DNA of 64,000 nt from Dehalococcoidia bacterium. GTDB lineage: Bacteria > Chloroflexota > Dehalococcoidia > UBA2979. The position numbers and the translations under genes are program-made. The stretch spans positions 290,336 to 354,335 of the forward strand of contig OZ242017.1 of the NCBI GenBank assembly GCA_965204835.1, written 5' to 3'. Positions 49,692 to 57,462 of this stretch are shown here, in pieces. Within the stretch, counting starts at the first letter, position 1; every line of letters begins with the position of its first letter. The notes beneath the pieces were generated by a model, which worked only from the letters and a program-made list of their open reading frames with translations, had not been told where the DNA came from and searched no databases.

Positions 49692-51182
49692 ATGACGCAG
49701 AACGAAGGCTACCTGCTGCTCTCGCTCCCGCTGATCCCGCTTGGGGCGGCGGTGCTGCTCATGCTCGTGCCCTCGAGCGAGCGCACGCTGATCCGCATCG
49801 TCACCGGCGCCGCGTCGGTCGCGATGTTCGTGATCTCCGTCTACGTCTTCTTCGCGTTCGACTACCGGGGCGAGCAGTTCCAGGGCGTGCTCGCGTGGCC
49901 GTGGTTCGAGAACGTCGGCTTCCTCGGCGACAACGGCGTGCAGCTCAAGGTCGGCGTCGACGGCATCGCCGCGCCGATGGTGCTGCTGACCGGCATCGTG
50001 ATCCTGACCGGGACGTGGGTGTCCTGGAAGCAGGAGCACCGCACCAAGGACTTCTTCATCCTGCTGTTCGTGCTGGTGGCCGGGGTCTACGGCACCTTCG
50101 TCGCGCTCGACCTGTTCTTCTGGTTCCTGCTCTACGAGACCGCGGTGCTGCCGATGTACCTGCTCATCGGAGTGTGGGGCTCGGGCCGCCGCGAGTACGG
50201 CGCGATGAAGCTGATGATGATGCTCGTCGCGGCGTCGATCCTGATCTTCACCGCCATCTTCGGCATCTTCACCGAGGCCGGCCTCGGCACGTTCGACCTG
50301 CCTGCGCTGTTCGACGCGACCTACGACCCGACGTTCCAGAAGATCATGTTCCCGCTGATCGTGCTCGGATGCGGCACGCTGGGCGGCATCTTCCCGCTCC
50401 ACCCGTGGTCGCCGGACGGCCACGCCGCAGCGCCCACGGCCGTCTCGATGCTGCACGCGGGCGTGCTGATGAAGCTGGGCGCGTTCGGCATCATCCGCCT
50501 TGGCTTCCAGATCATGCCGGAAGGCGGCGAGTTCTGGGCGCCGGCGCTCCTGACGCTCGGCATCGTCGGCGCGCTCTACGGCGCCATCGGCGCGCTGCGC
50601 CAGACCGACTTCAAGCTGATGACCGGCTTCTCCTCGGTCTCGCACATGGGCTATGTGTTCCTGGGGCTCGGCACGCTCAACCTCATCGGGATGAGCGGCG
50701 CGGTGCTGCAGATGTTCGCGCACGGCGTGATGACGGCCCTCTTCTTCCTCCTCATCGGCGCGCTCTACGACCAGTCACACGACCGCGAGATCGACCACTA
50801 CTCGGGGCTCGCGAAACAGATGCCGGTCTGGGCGGTGTTCTTCGTCATCGCCGGACTCGCGTCGTTCGGGTTGCCGGGGCTGTCCGGGTTCATCGCCGAG
50901 GTCCACATCTTCATCGGCGCCTTCCGGGCCTACCCCATCGTCGGCGGCCTGGCGGTCCTCACTGCCGCCATCACCGCGACGTACCTGCTGCGCATGTTCG
51001 CGCGCACCTTCTTCGGCGAGGTCGACCCGCGCTGGAGCGGCGTCGGCGAGATCACCTGGGCCGAACGGGCCGGGGCGACCGTGCTCGCGATCTCGATCTT
51101 CGCGCTCGGCCTCTGGCCCGCGCCGTGGATCGACCGCATCGCGATGGGCCTTGAGATGGGCATTCCCGAGGTGCTGTCGTGA
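49692..51182 (+). CDS. nuoM: NADH-quinone oxidoreductase subunit M
   Basis: 496 aa. ...FLLYE....PMYLLIG.WG......YGAMK......PLH.W.PD.H..APTA.SM.LAGVL.K.G. Confidence 0.95.
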   Translation: MTQNEGYLLLSLPLIPLGAAVLLMLVPSSERTLIRIVTGAASVAMFVISVYVFFAFDYRGEQFQGVLAWPWFENVGFLGDNGVQLKVGVDGIAAPMVLLTGIVILTGTWVSWKQEHRTKDFFILLFVLVAGVYGTFVALDLFFWFLLYETAVLPMYLLIGVWGSGRREYGAMKLMMMLVAASILIFTAIFGIFTEAGLGTFDLPALFDATYDPTFQKIMFPLIVLGCGTLGGIFPLHPWSPDGHAAAPTAVSMLHAGVLMKLGAFGIIRLGFQIMPEGGEFWAPALLTLGIVGALYGAIGALRQTDFKLMTGFSSVSHMGYVFLGLGTLNLIGMSGAVLQMFAHGVMTALFFLLIGALYDQSHDREIDHYSGLAKQMPVWAVFFVIAGLASFGLPGLSGFIAEVHIFIGAFRAYPIVGGLAVLTAAITATYLLRMFARTFFGEVDPRWSGVGEITWAERAGATVLAISIFALGLWPAPWIDRIAMGLEMGIPEVLS

Positions 51183-52633
51183 GCGACCTGAACTTCGAGT
51201 ACGGACTGCTCCTGCCCGAGTTCATCCTCGTGGGCTCCGCGGCCGTCGTGCTGATGCTCGACGCGTTCCGCGCGGACCTGCGCATCTCGCGCAACCTGCT
51301 CCCGGCCGTCACCATCCTCGGCGCGCTGCTCGCCGGCGTGGCCAGCCTGCTCTACCTCGACCGCGACCCGACCGACTTCGCGCAGCTCATCGCCGTCGAC
51401 GACTTCACGACGTTCTTCCGCATCCTGTTCATCGCGACGCTGGTCGCCATCGTGCTCGGGTCCTACGAGTTCGTGAACCGCAACATCACGCACCAGGGCG
51501 AGTTCTACGCGCTGCTGCTCGCCTCCACGATCGGCGCCATCTACATGGCAGCCGCCCGCGAGCTGCTCACCGCGTACATCTCCATCGAGCTGCTCTCGTT
51601 CTCGCTCTACGTCGGCGTCTCGCTCGCCAAGACCGACACCCGCTCCGGCGAGGCAGGGCTCAAGTACGTCCTGCTCGGCGGCGTCGCCTCGGCGATGCTG
51701 CTCTACGGCCTGAGCATCGTGTACGGCACGACCGGCACGACGAGCTACGATGGCATTGCGGCGGCGCTCAACAACGGGATCGTCGGTACGCCGGCGTTCC
51801 TGCTCGGCCTCGCGTTCCTCGTCGGCGGGCTCGGCTTCAAGGCCTCGGCCGTCCCGTTCCACATGTGGACGCCCGACGCCTACGAGGGCGCCCCGTTGCC
51901 GGTGACCGCGTACATCTCGGCCACCTCGAAGGCGGCGACGTTCGCGCTGATGCTGGCGCTGTTCGGCACGGCGCTCGAGCCGGCGAAGGCGGACTGGCAG
52001 TGGATGCTCGCCTCCCTCGCCGTCGCGACGATGGTGGTCGGCAACCTCGTCGCCATCCAGCAGACGAACATCAAGCGGCTGCTCGCGTACTCCTCGATCG
52101 GCCAGGTCGGGTTCATGCTGATGGCGATCACGACGGTGTCGGACGCGTCGGGCTCGGCACTGCTGCTGCACCTCGCGGGCTACCTGATCACGAACCTCGC
52201 GGTGTTCATCGCGGTGATCGCGTTCTACAACCGTACGGGCTCGGAGGAGATCGCGGACTTCCGCGGCCTCGCCGAGACGCAGCCGTACCTCGCGCTCGTC
52301 ATCACGACGGGGCTGTTCTCGCTGAGCGGGATGCCGCTGCTGGCGGGCTTCGTGACGAAGTTCGTGCTGTTCCAGGCGGCCGCCGAGGAGGGCTTCCTCT
52401 GGCTGGCGACCGTCGCGGTCATCATGAGCACCGTCTCGCTGTACTACTACCTGAAGGTGATCCGCCAGATGTACGTCGCCGAGCCCGCCGAGGGCGACGG
52501 CGCGCGCTGGCGGCTCTCGCCGGCCGCCTACTTCACGACGGGCGTGCTGTTCCTCGGCATCTTCCTCGTCGGCCTGTGGGCGACGCCCATCTTCGAGGCT
52601 GCCGACGGCGCCTCGGCGATGCTCTTCGGGTAG
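51179..52633 (+). CDS. nuoN: NADH-quinone oxidoreductase subunit N
   Basis: 484 aa (GTGA overlap with nuoM). ...GFK.SAVPFH.WTPD.YEGAP.PVTA......N.KR.LAYSSI.Q.G. Confidence 0.95.
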   Translation: MSDLNFEYGLLLPEFILVGSAAVVLMLDAFRADLRISRNLLPAVTILGALLAGVASLLYLDRDPTDFAQLIAVDDFTTFFRILFIATLVAIVLGSYEFVNRNITHQGEFYALLLASTIGAIYMAAARELLTAYISIELLSFSLYVGVSLAKTDTRSGEAGLKYVLLGGVASAMLLYGLSIVYGTTGTTSYDGIAAALNNGIVGTPAFLLGLAFLVGGLGFKASAVPFHMWTPDAYEGAPLPVTAYISATSKAATFALMLALFGTALEPAKADWQWMLASLAVATMVVGNLVAIQQTNIKRLLAYSSIGQVGFMLMAITTVSDASGSALLLHLAGYLITNLAVFIAVIAFYNRTGSEEIADFRGLAETQPYLALVITTGLFSLSGMPLLAGFVTKFVLFQAAAEEGFLWLATVAVIMSTVSLYYYLKVIRQMYVAEPAEGDGARWRLSPAAYFTTGVLFLGIFLVGLWATPIFEAADGASAMLFG

Positions 52634-52703
52634 TCGCCCGCCGCCCGTGACCACCACCAGCCGGCACGCAGCAGTGATCGCCCCATAGTCGGGAGGCACC
52701 CCC

Positions 52704-53897
52704 ATGGCATGGACGCGTAACCGCCCCTCCGGGCTCGTCTACCGCGACCCCGAGCAGTCCCACGACGGCTACACGCTGTTCTCGAACGTCGAGGGCTACC
52801 ACGCCACGCTGCTCGACCCCGAGGGCCGGATCGTGCACCGCTGGACGCACGAGGAGGGCGTGCAGTACGCGAAGCTGCTCCCCGGCGGCAATGTGCTCTT
52901 CCACACGGCCAACCCCGTGCACTTCATGGACGCCGAGGAGGTCTCCCCCGTCGGCGTCATCGGCGGTCACGCGCACGCGCTGATCGAGCAGGACTGGGAC
53001 GGGAACACGGTCTGGGAGTACCGCAACGACCAGCAGCACCACGACTTCGTGCGCCTGGACAATGGCAACACGGTGATCCTGCACTGGGAGCTGCTGGCCG
53101 ACGAGATCCGACGGCAGGTGCAGGGCGGCTTCCAGGGCGCGAACGACCCCGACGCGATGGTCGGGGACCTCGTGCGCGAGATCTCGCCCGACGGCGAGAT
53201 GGTGCGCGAGTGGCGTTCGTGGGAGCACTTCGACTACCGGCTCGACGTGATCTGCCCCCTCGAGCGGCGTCGCGAGTGGACGCACGCCAACGCGGTCTCG
53301 GTGGCGGCCGACGGCCGCTGGCTGGTCAGCATGCGGCAGACCGACACGGTCGTGATCGCGAACCCGGACAGCGGGGAGATCGAGTGGCGGTGGGGGCCGG
53401 GCGTGACCTCGCACCAGCACCACTTCACGGAGCTCGAGAACGGCAACCTCATGCTGTTCGACAACGGCTCGCACCGCCGGGGCGGTCCCGGCCACTCACG
53501 CATCCTCGAGGTGGACCCGGAGACGAAGGAGATCGTCTGGCAGTACCAGGCGCCGGTCCTGCTGGCCTTCATCAGCTTCATGACGAGCGGCGCGGACCGT
53601 CAGCCGAACGGCAACACCCTCATCACCGAGGGCGCCACCGGCCGCATCTTCGAGGTGACGCCGGAGGGTGAGACGGTGTGGGAGTACGTGACGGGGTTCA
53701 TGCCGAACGGGCGGTTCGGCCAGACCCCCTCGATGTTCCGTGCGCACCGCTACGCGGCGGACGGCCCGGAGCTGGCCGGCCGCGACCTCGACCCGTCGAG
53801 GTGGGCGGAGGAGACGGAGAAGCTCAACCGCGGCGAGGAGCCGTACGGGGTGCGCAGCGCGTTCGACGAGTCGGGCGCCACCCCGACCCACCGCTAG
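52704..53897 (+). CDS. Arylsulfotransferase (ASST)-like beta-propeller protein
   Basis: 397 aa. Repeated propeller-like segments ...GYTLF......LLDPEGRIVHRW..., ...HHDF..L.NGNT.I..., ...GN.LITEGATGRIFEVTPEGETVWEY. Family assignment from memory, moderate. Confidence 0.55.
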   Translation: MAWTRNRPSGLVYRDPEQSHDGYTLFSNVEGYHATLLDPEGRIVHRWTHEEGVQYAKLLPGGNVLFHTANPVHFMDAEEVSPVGVIGGHAHALIEQDWDGNTVWEYRNDQQHHDFVRLDNGNTVILHWELLADEIRRQVQGGFQGANDPDAMVGDLVREISPDGEMVREWRSWEHFDYRLDVICPLERRREWTHANAVSVAADGRWLVSMRQTDTVVIANPDSGEIEWRWGPGVTSHQHHFTELENGNLMLFDNGSHRRGGPGHSRILEVDPETKEIVWQYQAPVLLAFISFMTSGADRQPNGNTLITEGATGRIFEVTPEGETVWEYVTGFMPNGRFGQTPSMFRAHRYAADGPELAGRDLDPSRWAEETEKLNRGEEPYGVRSAFDESGATPTHR

Positions 53898-53918
53898 CGC
53901 GGGGCGTGTGAGGGGCGG

Positions 53919-54089
53919 CTACGTCCAGAGCCGCATCGCGGCGAGGATGACGCCGGTCGCGGTCGCAAGCCCAACGGTCATGGCGACGTACATCCGCCGC
54001 GCAAACCGCTCCACGTCCGCCCTGGTGGCCAGATGCTCGATGACGCCCTCGATGCGGGCAGCGCGTTCGGCGCGCGTCTGTGGTGTCAC
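53919..54089 (-). CDS. Small tail-anchored membrane protein, paralog 1
   Basis: 56 aa from GTG 54089: VTPQTRAERAARIEGVIEHLATRADVERFARRMYVAMTVGLATATGVILAAMRLWT. Below the track cutoff; read directly. About 65% identical to the adjacent paralog. Confidence 0.55.
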   Translation of the reverse strand: MTPQTRAERAARIEGVIEHLATRADVERFARRMYVAMTVGLATATGVILAAMRLWT

Positions 54090-54099
54090 GGGACCCCGG

Positions 54100-54258
54100 C
54101 TACATCCAGAAGCGTATGGCGGCGAGGATCGTGCCCGTCGCGACTGTGAGAGCCACGTACATCCGGACCGCCAGCCGTTCGAGGTCGGCCTTGGTGGCGA
54201 GGTGCTCGATGGTGGCCTCGATGCGGGCGACGCGCTCGGCGAGTGAGTCCGTCGTCAT
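54100..54258 (-). CDS. Small tail-anchored membrane protein, paralog 2
   Basis: 52 aa from ATG 54258 inside track ORF 54100-54336: MTTDSLAERVARIEATIEHLATKADLERLAVRMYVALTVATGTILAAIRFWM. Confidence 0.55.
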   Translation of the reverse strand: MTTDSLAERVARIEATIEHLATKADLERLAVRMYVALTVATGTILAAIRFWM

Positions 54259-54345
54259 GACTGCTCCAGTGTCCCCTGGTGGACACCAGTCTAGCAGATG
54301 CCGGCACACTATTGTGTGAGATAACAGTGTTATCACAAAATGGAT

Positions 54346-54885
54346 TTACGGACTCTGTCGCGGAGCCAACTCTAGGCGACCCGACTTGGCGAGCTCCTTG
54401 AACTGATCGCGGAACTCTCGCTGATGGCCGGATCCCGGGAAGGGTAGGCGGCAGTCGACCACAGGAATGCCCTTTTCCTTGAGCGATCCGAACAACGCGT
54501 CGTACACCGGTGCCGCGATCAGTACCACCTGCTGTGGCGCCCTCCTCCTGATCTCCTCGACCACGCGAACCGCATTCTCCCGAATCGCGGTAGGGGCTGG
54601 CTTCCCGGGCTCCTGCACCGCATCGAGCAGCTGATATCCGTCGGCTTGGAACCTCCTGAGCCATTCGTGCTTGTGCTGTCGCTCCTCACTCGTGTCGCCG
54701 AATTCTTGCCGATACAGCGCCCTCATCAGCTCACTCCACAGAGAGTCTTGCCCGGTCACATCCGGGTAGTAGAAGTACCGGTCGACTGAGGCAGGCGGCG
54801 ATTCAGCGATGAACAGCACACGGGTTTCCGAGGGGGCGTACCGGGCGGCGGCTTCCTCGTACTGCGACAGGTCCGCCGACATCAC
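54346..54885 (-). CDS. Hypothetical protein (lower-GC, no motif recognised)
   Basis: 179-aa ORF with non-repetitive composition (Y, F, K, Q, W content unlike shadow ORFs). ...VLFIAESPPASVDRYFYYPD...LPFPGSGHQ. Confidence 0.5.
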   Translation of the reverse strand: MMSADLSQYEEAAARYAPSETRVLFIAESPPASVDRYFYYPDVTGQDSLWSELMRALYRQEFGDTSEERQHKHEWLRRFQADGYQLLDAVQEPGKPAPTAIRENAVRVVEEIRRRAPQQVVLIAAPVYDALFGSLKEKGIPVVDCRLPFPGSGHQREFRDQFKELAKSGRLELAPRQSP

Positions 54886-54916
54886 TCCCCCGTGCGGCTA
54901 CCGACCCTACGCCCGG

Positions 54917-56263
54917 CTACAGCACGCCGAGGTAGCGCTCGAGTTCGAACTCCGAGACGTGGGTGCGGTACTCGTCCCACTCGTGGTGCTTGTTCGCCAC
55001 CAGCGACTCGCACACGTGCGCGCCGAGGGCTGCACGCAGCAACGGCGAGTCCTCGAACGACGCGATCGCCTCGCCGAGCGAGCTCGGCAACGGCGTGATC
55101 TCCCGCTGCTCCGCTTCGTCCGCCTCGAGATCGCGCACGTCGCGGTCCAGCGCGCCCGGGAGCGCCGCCTCGCGGTCGACGCCGTCGAGGCCGGCCGAGA
55201 GCAGCGCGGCGAACGCGAGGTACGGGTTGCAGGCCGGGTCCGGCACGCGGTACTCGATCCGCGTCGCACCGGGGTCGCCCGGCTTGTAGCTCGGCACGCG
55301 CAGCAGGTCGGCGTGGTTCGTGGTCGACCACGTGGCGTGGGTGGGCGCCTCGAAGCCCGGCACGAGGCGCCGGTACGAGTTCACCCACTGGTTGGTGACG
55401 AGCATCGTCTCCGAGGCGTGGTCGAGCAGCCCCGCCATGAAGTGGCGCGCGAGGGTGCTCAGCCCCAGCTCGTCGTCCTGGTCGGCGAACGCGTTGTCCT
55501 CGCCTCGGAACAGGGAGAGCTGGAGGTGCATGCCGGAGCCGTTGACGTCGCGCAGCGGCTTCGGCATGAACGTCGCGTACGCCCCGTGGCGCATCGCGAC
55601 CTCCTTCACGACCAGCCGGTACGTCATGATCGCGTCGGCCATGGTCAGTGCGTCGGTGTAGCGCAGGTCGATCTCGTGCTGGCTCGGAGCGGCCTCGTGG
55701 TGGCTGAGCGCCACGCCGATGCCCATGCTCTCCAGCATCAGCACCGTCTCGCGCCGCAGGTCGCTGCCGGAGTCGAGCGGGGTGAGGTCGAAGTACCCGC
55801 CGCGGTCGAGGGGTTCCGTGCCAGAGGCGTCGCGGAAGTAGAAGAACTCGATCTCCGGCGAGACGTAGAACGTCAGCCCCTGCTCGGCCGCGCGTGCCAG
55901 CGTCCGGCGCAGCACCCAGCGCGGGTCGCCCTCGAACGGCTCGCCGCCGGGCCGGCGGATGTCGCACAGCATGCGCGCCACCGCCCGCTCGCGCGGGCGC
56001 CACGGCAGCAGCTGGAACGTCGAGGGGTCGGGGACGGCGACCATGTCGGCCTCGTCGACGCGGGCAAAGCCCTCGATCGACGCGCCGTCGAACGTCACGC
56101 CGTCGTCGAGGGCGTGTTCCAGCTCCTCGATGGTGATGGCGACGGACTTGAGCATCCCGAGGATGTCCGTGAACCACAGGCGGATGAACTTCACGTCCTG
56201 GTCGTAGCACGCCTGGATGACGTGCTGGCGCTCGTCGTAGTCGGACCGTGGTGTAGTCGTCAT
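54917..56263 (-). CDS. glnA: Glutamine synthetase type I
   Basis: 448 aa. ...KFIRLWFTDILG....V.I....L......G..FDGSSIEGF-like (FDGASIEGF), ...MHLQLSLF..., ...RVPS......R.E.R.PD...NPYLA.AA.L.AGL. Confidence 0.95.
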   Translation of the reverse strand: MTTTPRSDYDERQHVIQACYDQDVKFIRLWFTDILGMLKSVAITIEELEHALDDGVTFDGASIEGFARVDEADMVAVPDPSTFQLLPWRPRERAVARMLCDIRRPGGEPFEGDPRWVLRRTLARAAEQGLTFYVSPEIEFFYFRDASGTEPLDRGGYFDLTPLDSGSDLRRETVLMLESMGIGVALSHHEAAPSQHEIDLRYTDALTMADAIMTYRLVVKEVAMRHGAYATFMPKPLRDVNGSGMHLQLSLFRGEDNAFADQDDELGLSTLARHFMAGLLDHASETMLVTNQWVNSYRRLVPGFEAPTHATWSTTNHADLLRVPSYKPGDPGATRIEYRVPDPACNPYLAFAALLSAGLDGVDREAALPGALDRDVRDLEADEAEQREITPLPSSLGEAIASFEDSPLLRAALGAHVCESLVANKHHEWDEYRTHVSEFELERYLGVL

Positions 56264-56335
56264 CGTCCGAGGATCGTAGGCGGCGGACGTTTCACCGATG
56301 TTTCTGCCGCATCTCGACCGCAGGGTCCGCGGCTG

Positions 56336-57448
56336 TCACTCGCCGGTGAGCTCGTGGAGCGCGGCGCGGATCCGCTCCGCCTCGTCGCTCGTGGGGGAGC
56401 GCGGGCGGTTCTCGTCCGGGTCGATGTACGCGGGGCGGAACGCGATGCCGGGCGGCGCGTCCTCGTGGAGCTCGACGACCGCGACCACCGTGGCGAACGG
56501 ACCCTCGCCGAGCGTCTGGAGGTCCTCGCGGTCGAGGTCGAAGACGAAGTTCCCGAGGCCGTAGAGGATCAGCGCCTCGCCCCGCCGCTCCCACGGCTGG
56601 AGCGTGTGTGCGTGGTGCCCGACGACGAGCGTGGCCCCGGCGTCGACGGCGGCGTGGGCCAGCGCACGCTGCTCCCCGGTGGGCTCGGGGTCGTACTCCG
56701 TGCCGAAGTGGAACACCACGACGACGGCGTCGGACTCTGCGGCCGCCGCCGTCACAGCCGCCTCGACCGCGTCGACGGTCGCCTCGGCGACGCCGGGCCG
56801 TGACGCCGTCGCGAACACCGAGGAGCGCACGGCGCTGAACCCGAGGAGCGCGACCCGCACCCCCCGGACCTCGACCGTGAGCGGCTGCGCCGCCTCCGCG
56901 GCGTCGGTGCCCGCGCCGAAGTGCGCAACGCCGAGCGCGTCGAGGGTGTCGACGGTGTCGGCAAGCCCGACCGGCCCGAAGTCGAGCGCGTGGTTGTTGG
57001 CGAGCGAGACAGCGTCGAAGCCGGCGTCGCGCAGGCTCTGCGCCAGCGCCGGTGGCGCCCGGAACGTGTAGTACTTGTCCGCGCGCTCACCGCGGTCGGT
57101 GAAGGTGCCCTCGAGGTTCCCGATGAGCAGGTCGACGCCCCGGAAGAGGTGCGCGACGCGCTCGAAGGGGTAGCTGCTGCCGTTTTGCTCCATCAGCGTG
57201 ACCACGTCGCGCGCAAACATCAGGTCGCCGACGAAGCCGATGGTCACCCCTCGCGGGCCCGGTGTCGGGGCGGGCGCGGCCGCGGTGGGCGTGGCGGTCG
57301 GGGTCGACGCAGGTGTGGCGGCAGCGGGCGCGGCGGGGTCCGCGGGGGTCGGGGTCAGGAGCCCGCGCCCGCGCACCGGCTCGCGCGCCTCGCAGGCCAC
57401 GAGGAGCGCGATGAGCGCCGCGGCGAGGGTGGCGCGGAGGACCGGCAC
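56336..57448 (-). CDS. CapA-family (poly-gamma-glutamate synthesis/metallophosphatase-like) lipoprotein
   Basis: 370 aa from GTG 57448. Lipobox ALLVAC, Pro/Thr/Ala linker, then GFVGDLMF..., NLEG..., SLANNHALDFG, ...VVGHHAH. Confidence 0.8.
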   Translation of the reverse strand: MPVLRATLAAALIALLVACEAREPVRGRGLLTPTPADPAAPAAATPASTPTATPTAAAPAPTPGPRGVTIGFVGDLMFARDVVTLMEQNGSSYPFERVAHLFRGVDLLIGNLEGTFTDRGERADKYYTFRAPPALAQSLRDAGFDAVSLANNHALDFGPVGLADTVDTLDALGVAHFGAGTDAAEAAQPLTVEVRGVRVALLGFSAVRSSVFATASRPGVAEATVDAVEAAVTAAAAESDAVVVVFHFGTEYDPEPTGEQRALAHAAVDAGATLVVGHHAHTLQPWERRGEALILYGLGNFVFDLDREDLQTLGEGPFATVVAVVELHEDAPPGIAFRPAYIDPDENRPRSPTSDEAERIRAALHELTGE

Positions 57449-57462
57449 GCGCCCGTGCCGCG

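Noticed and set aside
48702-50723. 673-aa minus-strand ORF
   Set aside because: It lies antisense to nuoL/nuoM. It is R/E/D/H-rich with no membrane or enzyme motifs.
53914-54902. Short GCGGCTAC repeats at both edges of the lower-GC island as possible target-site duplication
   Set aside because: They are only 8 nt long. Each copy overlaps a stop-codon context (CTA = TAG on the minus strand) and is likely coincidental in GC-rich DNA.
54809-56803. 664-aa plus-strand ORF
   Set aside because: It lies antisense to glnA and the CapA-like gene. Shadow ORF.
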